55,841 nucleotides of DNA from Candidatus Altiarchaeota archaeon (GTDB taxonomy: Archaea > Altiarchaeota > Altiarchaeia > IMC4 > SCGC-AAA252-I15): the NCBI GenBank assembly GCA_043804895.1, contig JAZDIN010000020.1, positions 1-55,841 of the forward strand. Direction: 5' to 3'. The translations under genes and the position numbers were made by a program. The notes beneath the pieces were generated by a model. The model worked only from the letters and a program-made list of their open reading frames with translations. It did not search any database and was not told the DNA's origin. Positions 47,172-55,841 of the stretch are shown here, piece after piece; the first letter of the stretch is position 1, and every line of letters begins with the position of its first letter.

Positions 47172-47763
47172 CTCGTCTGCCTTTGACTTTAAGCTTCCCT
47201 TCAACAAACCATTTCACGGCGTGTGAGTAGATTATGTGCTCTTGTTCGAGTATCCTTTTGGAGAGGGTCTCTTCTGTGTCGCCTTCAAGGACTGGTACCG
47301 CGGATTGTAGGATTATGGGACCGTGGTCGACTTCTGAGTCTACGAAGTGTACCGTGCATCCAGACAATTTGGCTCCGTGGTCGAGTGCCTGTTTTTGCGC
47401 GTGCAACCCTGGGAAGCTTGGCAGGAGCGCGGGGTGTATGTTCATCATCCTGTTCTTGAATTCGTTAACTAGCTTCGGCGACAGTATGCGCATGTATCCT
47501 GCGAGGAGTACGAGCCCGACATTCCTCTCCTTCAACTCCTTGAGTATCCTCATGTCATATTCCTCCCGGCTCTTGTAATCCTTCGGGTTTATGAAGAGGG
47601 CTTCGATATTGTGTTTTCTCGCGCGCTCCAACGCGTAGGCATCCTTCTTGTCTGAGATTACAGTGACTATCCTGGACTTCGGTATGAACCCTGACTCGAC
47701 GGAGTCTATTATTGACTGGAGGTTGCTGCCTCGGCCTGAGGCCAGGACTGCGATATCCACCAT
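47122..47763 (-). CDS. purN: Phosphoribosylglycinamide formyltransferase
   Basis: Motifs ASGRGSNL, LAGYMRIL, NIHPALLP, GCTVHFV and DHGPII. Confidence 0.96.
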   Translation of the reverse strand: MVDIAVLASGRGSNLQSIIDSVESGFIPKSRIVTVISDKKDAYALERARKHNIEALFINPKDYKSREEYDMRILKELKERNVGLVLLAGYMRILSPKLVNEFKNRMMNIHPALLPSFPGLHAQKQALDHGAKLSGCTVHFVDSEVDHGPIILQSAVPVLEGDTEETLSKRILEQEHIIYSHAVKWFVEGKLKVKGRRVTVAGVRQAGRVLQAL

Positions 47764-47800
47764 ATGAGATTATTAATCTTGGCTTATATTATGTGTACGT

Positions 47801-48220
47801 ATGAGGGTTCTGGCGACAATCTTGGCAGTGGCCTTGGTTTTAGGCTGCATTATAGGAGGGGGGGAGGATATTGTGGAATCGACCACGATGACCACTAGTG
47901 TTGCAACTACATCAACCCTAGCTCCTACGACAACCATTGAGACAACGACCACGACGACGGAGTCCACAACCACGACAATGAAGGTGGTGATAGTAGTCGC
48001 TCCAAGGCCGACGACCACCACAACTACGACGACGACTGAGAGTACGACAACTACTACGAGTACTACGACTACGACGATAGCCTGCACAGAGGAATGCTAT
48101 GACGTAAAGTATCCGAACCGGGCGAACTGCGCAAGGGGCTGCTGCATCAGCGCTGACACGAGATGCCAGTACGTGCCAGGGAACATGGCAGGCGCCGGCC
48201 CGAGCTGCCGGTGCAGATAA
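47801..48220 (+). CDS. Thr-rich putative lipoprotein with a Cys-rich tip
   Basis: Signal peptide ending LGC, a poly-Thr stalk and 8 Cys in the last 46 aa. Confidence 0.75.
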   Translation: MRVLATILAVALVLGCIIGGGEDIVESTTMTTSVATTSTLAPTTTIETTTTTTESTTTTMKVVIVVAPRPTTTTTTTTTESTTTTTSTTTTTIACTEECYDVKYPNRANCARGCCISADTRCQYVPGNMAGAGPSCRCR

Positions 48221-48221
48221 G

Positions 48222-49466
48222 TCAGAAGTCTATCCTCTTCTTCCAAATTAGCATGGCCACCCCTATTACGTATATGGATCCGGCTACGAAGATGATATCG
48301 CCCTTCCCTGCCACTTTAAGTGCTTGCTTTACAGCTTCTTTGGCGCTGGACGAGGGCACTCCTTTGACGTGCCTGAGTATCTCAGCTGCCTTGAGTGAGC
48401 GTTCGCCCTGATACTCTGTGGCGATGAAGAGGTCAGCATCCAAGAGCGTCTCTATCATCTTCGAATAGTCCTTGTCTTTTGAGAATCCGGCGACGACGAT
48501 AAGATGGTTGTGCGGCGTTCTCTTAATGAAACTGTGGCTCTCTGCAATTCCCGCAGGATTGTGAGCGCAGTCAAGGATTACCATGGGATTTTTTTGCACG
48601 ACATCAAGCCTCCCCGGCCAGGTGGCGTCTGACACGCCGGAGACGATGTCCTTTTTTCGTACCCCCAACTTCTCGGCAGCCGCGGCAGCGCATGAGATGT
48701 TAAGTGCCTGATACTTTCCGCGCATCGGAGAGTGGAGGAAGTATGAGTTTTGTGGAGTTTTGAGTTTGAATGATGTGCCGCGTAGAGAGGTCGAGGTATC
48801 AGAGACCTTTAACTCAGAGCCTATCCTGAGGATGGACGCGGCCTTAAGCTTACACTCCTTCTCAAGAACATGCAGCGCTCCTCCCTCAGCGCCTGTCACC
48901 ACAGTCGAACCTTCCCTTATTATGCCAGCTTTCTCATGCGCTATTGCCTCGACGGTGTTGCCGAGGTATTGCATGTGGTCTAGTTGGACGTTGGTGATGA
49001 TGGAAAGCTTAGAGGGTATTGCGTTGGTTGAATCGAGGCGGCCTCCCATCCCAACCTCCAGTACCATCGTATCGACTTCGGAGTCTGCGAAGTGTTTGAG
49101 AGCAAGCGCTGTTGTGGCTTCGAAGAAGGTAGGCTTATCCTCCATGGAGTCGATGAGTGGCTTCAGTTCTGCTGTGCGTCTGGCAAACTCCCGCTTTTTT
49201 ATCTGCCTGCCGTTGACCCTGATTCTTTCAGTGAAGTCAATCAGCTCCGGTGAGGTGTAGAGCCCGACCCTACGGCCCGACTTCTGGAGTATGACACTTA
49301 GGGCTGCTGCGCATGAGCCCTTCCCGTTTGTGCCGGCAACATGGACGACGTCGCCGGCAAAGTCGAAACCAAGAGATTCAAGGAGTTCACGGGTATTCTC
49401 AAGACGGAACCTGTAGCCTAACTTCTCAAACCCCTTCAGGTAGGACAATGCGCCATCGTAGTCCAT
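48222..49466 (-). CDS. folC: Folylpolyglutamate/dihydrofolate synthase
   Basis: Motifs HVAGTNGKGS, YTSP, EVGMGGRLDSTN, WPGR and DCAHNP. Confidence 0.95.
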   Translation of the reverse strand: MDYDGALSYLKGFEKLGYRFRLENTRELLESLGFDFAGDVVHVAGTNGKGSCAAALSVILQKSGRRVGLYTSPELIDFTERIRVNGRQIKKREFARRTAELKPLIDSMEDKPTFFEATTALALKHFADSEVDTMVLEVGMGGRLDSTNAIPSKLSIITNVQLDHMQYLGNTVEAIAHEKAGIIREGSTVVTGAEGGALHVLEKECKLKAASILRIGSELKVSDTSTSLRGTSFKLKTPQNSYFLHSPMRGKYQALNISCAAAAAEKLGVRKKDIVSGVSDATWPGRLDVVQKNPMVILDCAHNPAGIAESHSFIKRTPHNHLIVVAGFSKDKDYSKMIETLLDADLFIATEYQGERSLKAAEILRHVKGVPSSSAKEAVKQALKVAGKGDIIFVAGSIYVIGVAMLIWKKRIDF

Positions 49467-51010
49467 TAGTGTAGGAAGCACCTGATTCCTGTGAATGCCA
49501 TCGCCATGTTGTGCTCGTCGGCGGCCTTTATTACTTCCTCGTCGCGTATGGAGCCGCCTGGGTGTATTACCGCGGCTACTCCGGCCTTTGCTGCCTCGTC
49601 TATGCCGTCACGGAAGGGGAAGAACGCGTCGGAAGCCATTGAAGTGCCTTCAGCTAGCTTCCCTGCCTTCATGGCCGCTATCTTCACCGAGTCGACGCGA
49701 CTCATCTGGCCTGCGCCTATCCCTACCGTGTGGTCCTCCTTTGCGAGTATTATAGAGTTCGATTTGGTGTGCCTGCACACCTTCCATGCGAATAGCATCG
49801 CCTTCACCTCGGCTTCGGTTGGCTTCCTCTTGCTGACTACCTTAAGGTCGGCTCTTGTCACCTCCCTTAGGTCTGGGGTTTGGACGAGCATGCCGCCGAT
49901 GACCCTCCGGTAGTCCAATGATTTTTCAGTTGTATTCCTCACCTCCCCGACGGACAAGACACGCATCTTCTCCTTCTTTGAGAGGATTTTCACGACCTTT
50001 CCAGTGTATGAGGGGGCGACGACAGCCTCGACGAAAGTTGATATTACCTCTTCCGCGGTCTTTTCGTCAGGCTCCCTGTTGAAGGCAATGACGCAACCGT
50101 ACGCGCTCATAGGGTCCGCCTTATGGGCGAGCTCGTATGCATCGAAGATGTTGTCAGCAACCCCGACACCAGATGGACTCAAATGCTTCACAATCACCGC
50201 AGCTGGCTTGTCGAATTCCTTCACAAGATCCAATGCTGAGTTGAGGTCGAGTATGTTGTTGAAGGACAGCTGCTTGCCCTCGAACACGACCTTCGCCGAT
50301 GCAATCGAGCATTCATCTGAGCCATCAACGTAGAACGCAGCCTCCTGGTGCGGGTTCTCACCGTACCTCATGTCATAGGCTTTCTCAAGGAGGATTGTGA
50401 AGTGTTTGGGGAATTTTTCGCCACCGTATTGTCCTGAGAGATAGCGGGTAATTGCGCTGTCGTATTCGGCAGTGTGGGTGAACGCCTTAACAGCAAGGCT
50501 CTTAAGCGTTTTATCTGAGACGGATTTATCGGACCTTAACTCACCAAGAACCATGGCGTAGTCAGCTGGGTCGACTATCACTGCGACGTCCCTGTGGTTC
50601 TTCGCTGCAGCCCTCAGGAGGGCAGGGCCCCCGACGTCAATGTTCTCTATCGCCTCATCGAGTTTTACGCCCTTCCTCGCAACAGTCTCCTGGAACGGGT
50701 AAAGGTTCACGGCAACGACGTCAATCCCCTCTATTCCATGCTCCTTCAGCTTTCCCATGTGCTCCCTGTCGGAGCGGACGGCGAGTATGCCAGCATGAAC
50801 CTTCGGGTGTAAGGTCTTGACCCTGCCGCCGAGCATCTCAGGGAAGCCAGTATAGTCTGAGACTGCAGTGACTGGTATGCCGGCATCAGAGAGGGCCTTG
50901 GCAGTGCCGCCTGAAGAAAGAATTTTCACACCCAGTTTATGGAGGCCCCTGCCGAAGTCAACTACACCGGTCTTGTCTGAGACGCTGATTAGGGCGCAAG
51001 AGGCCTTCAA
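49466..51010 (-). CDS. purH: Bifunctional AICAR formyltransferase/IMP cyclohydrolase
   Basis: Motifs ALISVSDKTG, GRVKTLHP, RYGENPHQ, SDAFFPF and PGGSIRD. Confidence 0.97.
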   Translation of the reverse strand: MKASCALISVSDKTGVVDFGRGLHKLGVKILSSGGTAKALSDAGIPVTAVSDYTGFPEMLGGRVKTLHPKVHAGILAVRSDREHMGKLKEHGIEGIDVVAVNLYPFQETVARKGVKLDEAIENIDVGGPALLRAAAKNHRDVAVIVDPADYAMVLGELRSDKSVSDKTLKSLAVKAFTHTAEYDSAITRYLSGQYGGEKFPKHFTILLEKAYDMRYGENPHQEAAFYVDGSDECSIASAKVVFEGKQLSFNNILDLNSALDLVKEFDKPAAVIVKHLSPSGVGVADNIFDAYELAHKADPMSAYGCVIAFNREPDEKTAEEVISTFVEAVVAPSYTGKVVKILSKKEKMRVLSVGEVRNTTEKSLDYRRVIGGMLVQTPDLREVTRADLKVVSKRKPTEAEVKAMLFAWKVCRHTKSNSIILAKEDHTVGIGAGQMSRVDSVKIAAMKAGKLAEGTSMASDAFFPFRDGIDEAAKAGVAAVIHPGGSIRDEEVIKAADEHNMAMAFTGIRCFLH

Positions 51011-51045
51011 ATCAAAACACCAGTAAGAGACTAAGGACGTGCTGG

Positions 51046-51882
51046 TTAAAAACGACTGTTTTCTGCGGCGATGAGTGTGTTCTCCAAAAGCATCGCGATA
51101 GTCATGGGGCCGATGCCCCCGGGGACTGGAGTTATGTGGGATGCCTTCTTTTTCACACCCTCAAAATCCACGTCACCTGACAGTTTCCCATCCTTCTTTG
51201 ACGTGCCGACGTCGATTACTACAGCATCTTTTTTCACCATATCAGCTTTTATGAAACCAGGTACTCCTACTGCTGAGACCAGTATATCCGCTCTCTTAGT
51301 GTGGAACATCATGTCCCTTGTTTTCGTGTGGCAGAGCGTGACGGTGGCGTGGCGGTTGAGGAATAACATGGCAAGCGGTTTGCCGACAACTATACTGCGG
51401 TTCACTATCACCACCTCCGCGCCTTTGATTGGAATCTCATACTCTTCAAGCAGCCTTATCACGCCCTTCGGAGTCGATGCGACAAGATACTCCACCCCAG
51501 TTATGAGCCTCCCCAGATTATACGGGTGGAAGCCGTCAACGTCCTTATCCTTAGAAACGGAGGCTAAGACCTTGTTGGTGTTCATGTGTTTCGGCAGAGG
51601 AAGCTGAACCAGTATCCCGTGTATCCTATCATCAGCGTTCAGCTTCTCCAACTCCACCAAAAGCTCATGCTCTTGGATGCTTGAGGGGAATTCGCGCCTC
51701 AGGGAGAAGAACCCGACCTCACTGCATGCCTTCTCCTTCATGTCAACATACAACTTAGATGCCGGGTCATCCCCGACCAAAACAGTTGCTAAACCAGGTT
51801 TAAGGCCGAGGCTAGCGGCGCGCAGCTTCACATCAGCCTTTATCTTAGCTGAAACCGCCCTACCATCCAAGACTACGCCCAT
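51046..51882 (-). CDS. folD: Methylene-THF dehydrogenase/cyclohydrolase
   Basis: Motifs GILVQLPLP, KDVDGFHP, RSIVVGKP and TPVPGGIGPMT. Confidence 0.97.
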   Translation of the reverse strand: MGVVLDGRAVSAKIKADVKLRAASLGLKPGLATVLVGDDPASKLYVDMKEKACSEVGFFSLRREFPSSIQEHELLVELEKLNADDRIHGILVQLPLPKHMNTNKVLASVSKDKDVDGFHPYNLGRLITGVEYLVASTPKGVIRLLEEYEIPIKGAEVVIVNRSIVVGKPLAMLFLNRHATVTLCHTKTRDMMFHTKRADILVSAVGVPGFIKADMVKKDAVVIDVGTSKKDGKLSGDVDFEGVKKKASHITPVPGGIGPMTIAMLLENTLIAAENSRF

Positions 51883-51941
51883 CTCCAGATAATATTGGCC
51901 GAGAGGGGTATTTAATTTGCTTAGACTGCGCGATAGAATAT

Positions 51942-53384
51942 ATGGGTGGTAGAATCAACGATGCGAACCGAGGATTCATCCATAAGCCTCAGGAGAGGTT
52001 GACGCCTGAGCAAAAGGCGATGGTGGATGATTTTGGTATGATGTTGACGGCATTGGACAAAGCCTTGGGTTTGAACAACGGGCACGATGCCTTGCGTATG
52101 CACGCCTTCATGCGAGGAAGTGGAATAACCACTATCCCGGTTGGTTTGGAGGGTATGCTCCCTGAGGATATTAAATTCCACAAGCCAAGATACGCGTTCA
52201 AATTAGGTACCTGGATGGAGTTGCCTGAGGTGGACTTCGCCTTCAAGAGGGTGCTTCACATAATCAATTTATGGCCTGAGAAGCAGAAGGAGAACCAGTA
52301 TAGTGTGACATCCGTCCAAGCTGTTGAGGGTGAAAATGATTCATGGAAAGTGACTGCGAACAAATCTAGCGGAGAAGACCCCCGGACATGGACTATGAAA
52401 CGTGAGGGGGAGATTTTAAAAGTGTCTGGGATGGGGGCGTATAAGGAATTGATGGTAGAAGACGACCCAGACGGATGCGTGATATACGGGAAAGGTGACC
52501 CGCTCAAAGACTTGGAACTCCACTCGTATGCGAAGATTATGGGGATAAAAACTGAGATTACAGAACGCGAGAAAGCGCTTTGGATTAGAACGTTGGACGA
52601 GTATAGGTCCGCTAAAGACGGATATAATGTGGCGAAGATGAGCTACCACCTGAAAAACCTTGAACTTCCTATAGACCCTAAAAAAGATGAGAAACTCATA
52701 CACGACCAACTTGTGCGATGCATCAGGGGAAAGGACTACGAGAAGGTTGCTGGACTACTCCTCTTCATGCAGGGGTTAGGTATTACGGTCACTGGCGAAA
52801 AAAAGAAGGAGGGTGAGGAGCTCATACGAAAAGGCTTGAAGTTCAATAGGGAGGGGAACTCGAAAAACGAAGCTCCGAGGGATGGTGAGTCAGCTGCATG
52901 GTTGCACTATACACTAGTGGAAGTGTATGGGGGGGTTAGTCTGGGAGAGCAAATGAAACAAATTCCACCAGAATTCATGCAACAAGCTGTAGGTGACCCC
53001 CTACCACAGACCCTTAGTTTAAGTGGAGAGAAAGCCACCGTTGAAACGGAGTCTTGGGGAATTGAGTATGATATGCAAACTCCAACAGGTGTGGTTCGAG
53101 TTGAAGAAGCTATCCCTTTAAGAAGGGGGTATCATGATATGTTGAAGAGATTCCACAGTCAACAACCATATACTGAATTTGAACCAGTACAGCCTCTTTA
53201 TAAAGTACGGGGGGGTAATTCCATACATTTGCTTGACCCTGAAGACTACCTTAAAGAAGACGCTGCGATGGTGCTGCCATTAGAGCGAAAGGAATTAAAG
53301 GACGCTAAGCTACTAGCTGATGGAAAACACCCAATAGTATTAATCGCGCCCGATGGGACAAGATACAAACGCGGGGAGTTCTAG
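51942..53384 (+). CDS. Orphan protein with about three internal helical repeats
   Basis: 480-aa ORF with no recognised family; degenerate ~35-40 aa repeats at about 52560-52920. Confidence 0.8.
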   Translation: MGGRINDANRGFIHKPQERLTPEQKAMVDDFGMMLTALDKALGLNNGHDALRMHAFMRGSGITTIPVGLEGMLPEDIKFHKPRYAFKLGTWMELPEVDFAFKRVLHIINLWPEKQKENQYSVTSVQAVEGENDSWKVTANKSSGEDPRTWTMKREGEILKVSGMGAYKELMVEDDPDGCVIYGKGDPLKDLELHSYAKIMGIKTEITEREKALWIRTLDEYRSAKDGYNVAKMSYHLKNLELPIDPKKDEKLIHDQLVRCIRGKDYEKVAGLLLFMQGLGITVTGEKKKEGEELIRKGLKFNREGNSKNEAPRDGESAAWLHYTLVEVYGGVSLGEQMKQIPPEFMQQAVGDPLPQTLSLSGEKATVETESWGIEYDMQTPTGVVRVEEAIPLRRGYHDMLKRFHSQQPYTEFEPVQPLYKVRGGNSIHLLDPEDYLKEDAAMVLPLERKELKDAKLLADGKHPIVLIAPDGTRYKRGEF

Positions 53385-53422
53385 TTTAACGATTCAGATA
53401 AACCTTCCAGGGACATGATTGC

Positions 53423-54679
53423 TTAGGGGTATATCGGGAATTTTTTGCAGAGTCGATTGGCTTCTGTTTTTACTTTCTCCTTAAGTTTAGCGTCTGTTGG
53501 AGTGGAGACGACTTCGCTAATCCATCCACCGATTTGCCGCATCTCGGCCTCCCTCATGCCGCGTATTGTGACTGAGGGTGAGCCGATTCTAATGCCTGAT
53601 GCGATGAACGGCTTTTGGGTGTCGTAGGGTACTGTGTTCTTGTTCAAGGTTATTCCAGCCTCACCTAATGCGGCCTCAGCATCCTTTCCAGTAACCCCTT
53701 TATTGGAGAGGTCTGCGAGCATGAGGTGGTTGTCTGTGCCGCCTGAGACTAGATTCAACCCCTTCTCCAGGAGAGTTGATGCAAGGGCCTTGGAGTTTAG
53801 CACAATCTGCTTCTGGAGTCTCCTACGCTCTTCAGTGAGGTTCTCCTTGAAGCACACTGCCTTCGCAGCAATCAGGTGCATGAACGGGCCACCCTGGACT
53901 CCTGGGAATACCGCCTTATCCAGGATTTCAGCGTATTGCTGCTTGCACATGACAATCGCGCCCCTTGGGCCCATAAGGGTCTTGTGGGTGGTCGTCGTCA
54001 CATAGTCTGCGTACTTTACAGGGGACGGGTGTTCTCCAGCGGCGACAAGCCCTGCGATGTGTGCGATGTCAGCCAAAAGGACTGCTCCGACTTCATCAGC
54101 AATCTCACGGAACTCTTTGAATGGGACCGTCCTCGAGTAGGCGCTGTATCCGCAGACGATAATCTGCGGCTTAACCTCCCTGGCACGAGCCAACACCTGA
54201 GAAGGGTCTATCATCCCAGTCTCCCTGCTGACGGTGTAAAACTCTCCCTTGTAGATTTTCCCTGAGAAGTTGACTTTGTAGCCGTGGCTTAAGTGGCCGC
54301 CATGGCTTAACTCCATCGACAGGATAGTATCCCCTGGTTTGAGGGCAGCCAGATAGACTGCCATGTTAGCCTGTGTTCCGCAATGGGGTTGAACGTTAAC
54401 GTGGTCGGCGCCAAACAGCTTCTTAGCGCGCTCTATTGCCATGTCCTCGGCAACGTCGACGAACTCACACCCACCATAATATCTCTTATGCGGGTAGCCT
54501 TCAGCGTACTTGTTAGTCATCACAGATGCGCAAGCTTCCCGAACCGCAGCGGAGGTGAGACTCTCAGATGCAATCAGATTAACGCCCTCCTGACGCAATT
54601 CTTCAGCGTGAATAGCATCAGCAACCTCAACATCGACCTCCCTCAAAGACTTGTAAAAAGACTCCTCCATCAAAACCAC
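53423..54679 (-). CDS. glyA: Serine hydroxymethyltransferase (bacterial/THF type)
   Basis: Motifs [27 protein letters not shown] and GGTDNHL. Confidence 0.97.
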   Translation of the reverse strand: MVLMEESFYKSLREVDVEVADAIHAEELRQEGVNLIASESLTSAAVREACASVMTNKYAEGYPHKRYYGGCEFVDVAEDMAIERAKKLFGADHVNVQPHCGTQANMAVYLAALKPGDTILSMELSHGGHLSHGYKVNFSGKIYKGEFYTVSRETGMIDPSQVLARAREVKPQIIVCGYSAYSRTVPFKEFREIADEVGAVLLADIAHIAGLVAAGEHPSPVKYADYVTTTTHKTLMGPRGAIVMCKQQYAEILDKAVFPGVQGGPFMHLIAAKAVCFKENLTEERRRLQKQIVLNSKALASTLLEKGLNLVSGGTDNHLMLADLSNKGVTGKDAEAALGEAGITLNKNTVPYDTQKPFIASGIRIGSPSVTIRGMREAEMRQIGGWISEVVSTPTDAKLKEKVKTEANRLCKKFPIYP

Positions 54680-54791
54680 TAGGAATAGATATTAGAAGGG
54701 CGTATAATAAGGTTTGTTTATCATTCAATGTCCTGCTGGTAGATTATTATGATATTTTGGATTTTTCAGAACAATGTTTGATTGGTTTTGA

Positions 54792-54835
54792 TTTATATGT
54801 GTGTGGATACATTGTACTGAAGCATACATTGTACT
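54792..54835 (+). promoter_or_regulatory. TATA box followed by two direct repeats ATACATTGTACT (putative operators)
   Basis: TTTATAT at 54792-98; identical 12-mers at 54807-18 and 54824-35, each containing the palindrome TACA-T-TGTA. Confidence 0.6.
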
Positions 54836-54841
54836 TATGAA

Positions 54842-55222
54842 ATGAGGACAATGTATCTTGAGGTGAAAAAATTGGATAAAAAAATAGTGGTTGGTATGTT
54901 GTTCATGTTGGTGTTGTCAAGCACAGTAGCAGCAAACTCAACATACGTACAACAAGCAGAAGACAAGATATGTAACGTACTGCAAAACATATATGAACTA
55001 ATAGTGTACATTGCAGGAGGAATAGGAGCCCTAGTCATAGTAATACAAGGTGTGACTTGGGTTGCCTCAGCAGACGACGCCAACGCAAGGAAAAATGCGA
55101 AAACAGCAGTAATCCATGTGATTATTGGACTGATAATAATATCACTGGCATTAGTACTAGTTGCGATGGTTCTGCCAGAAGGCGCAGACTGCGTGACAGG
55201 CTGGCCAGGCTGGCCGAGTTAG
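54842..55222 (+). CDS. TrbC/VirB2-like pilin-type membrane protein
   Basis: Signal-like N-terminus then two TM helices joined by G..W..S.DD...R..AK....IIGLII. Confidence 0.65.
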   Translation: MRTMYLEVKKLDKKIVVGMLFMLVLSSTVAANSTYVQQAEDKICNVLQNIYELIVYIAGGIGALVIVIQGVTWVASADDANARKNAKTAVIHVIIGLIIISLALVLVAMVLPEGADCVTGWPGWPS

Positions 55223-55240
55223 GCTACGGTAATTGAACAC

Positions 55241-55264
55241 TAGGGTGCGGGCACCCGCACCCTA
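55241..55264. terminator. Perfect hairpin after the pilin-like gene
   Basis: TAGGGTGCGG-GCAC-CCGCACCCTA, followed by A-rich and then T-rich tracts. Confidence 0.55.
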
Positions 55265-55315
55265 AAAACTTATTTTATTATAACACTCGTATGACATAAC
55301 CTAGAGGTTTACCAT

Positions 55316-55684
55316 ATGAACATGTTAGTATTCATGGCGTTCATCTTCATTCTCTCATTCCTTGACATCGCATACACCTACACCAACGTCAAAATACTCA
55401 AAAAACACAAAACAAACTGGGGCGACACGGAATACAACCCGCTAGTACGGGCTTCATGGCATCACTTCGGCCTATTCGGAGGCACATTATTCGCCGCAGC
55501 ACTGACCCTGATGGGCGTATTAGGCCTGGCATACCTGATAGGGAAAAACGAATTCTTCCAAGGCATGCTACTCGGCATGTTCCTCATGCTACACCACCTA
55601 CACTACGTCAACTACGCATACATCAGCAAGAAATACCTCAAGAAAGAACTGCCAATAATCAGCAGAATACTGATGGAATGGTAG
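55316..55684 (+). CDS. DUF5658-like small membrane protein
   Basis: LSFLDIAYT...EYNPLV motif; 3 TM segments. Confidence 0.65.
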   Translation: MNMLVFMAFIFILSFLDIAYTYTNVKILKKHKTNWGDTEYNPLVRASWHHFGLFGGTLFAAALTLMGVLGLAYLIGKNEFFQGMLLGMFLMLHHLHYVNYAYISKKYLKKELPIISRILMEW

Positions 55685-55725
55685 AACCCCCCCCCCAGCT
55701 ACGTACGCCACCACCCGGGACAGTT

Positions 55726-55841
55726 CGGGCCTGACGGGATTCGAACCCGTGATCTACAGCTTCCTTCGAGGAACCCCTTTTCTTTACGAAAGAAAAGGTG
55801 TTTCATCCCCAAAAGAAAAACCTTATCCTCTTTTGGAGCCT
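55726..55841 (-). tRNA. Intron-containing tRNA-Arg, partial (3' exon 55726-55761; intron from 55762 beyond the window end)
   Basis: Minus strand reads A-GCTGT-AGATC-ACGGG-TTCGAAT-CCCGT-CAGGCCC-G, i.e. positions 38-73. The preceding GAAG-GA fits a bulge-helix-bulge at 37/38. CCA is not encoded. Confidence 0.8.

Noticed and set aside
47880-48080. ACN-rich tandem-like repeats as a possible CRISPR or VNTR
   Set aside because: They are degenerate Thr codons within a coding stalk; there is no repeat-spacer periodicity.
1-55841. CRISPR array, rRNA, integrase, transposase or reverse transcriptase genes
   Set aside because: None recognised by eye in the sequence or the ORF track.

Overview
This is a gene-dense archaeal chromosome segment. 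Archaeal markers include aIF6, Hef, SRP54, a DRG GTPase, Trm5, RibL, NadM, archaeal PyrH, TATA boxes about 25-30 nt before many starts, and a tRNA with a bulge-helix-bulge-type intron. Gene content and orphan style suggest an Altiarchaeota/DPANN-like lineage (inference only). Most of the window is housekeeping: aromatic, His, Arg and branched-chain amino-acid genes, a bacterial-type folate/purine cluster (purN, folC, purH, folD, glyA), larB/larC and many glycosyltransferases. Six observations stand out. (1) Two tandem orphan genes at the left end share an 88-bp promoter-plus-N-terminus cassette and then diverge completely; one carries a DarT-like ADP-ribosyltransferase motif set with no antitoxin next to it. 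(2) A ~130-nt intergenic element occurs twice, with two hairpins, covarying stems and loop-loop complementarity. (3) A ~105-nt non-coding IS200/IS605-like miniature element also occurs twice, with compensatory changes. (4) A RaSEA-like radical SAM domain is fused to an ArcS-like domain. (5) A tRNA-Arg 3' exon follows a long structured intron. (6) Twin palindromic boxes lie upstream of a VirB2/TrbC-like pilin. All calls come from motif recognition by eye; no searches were run.
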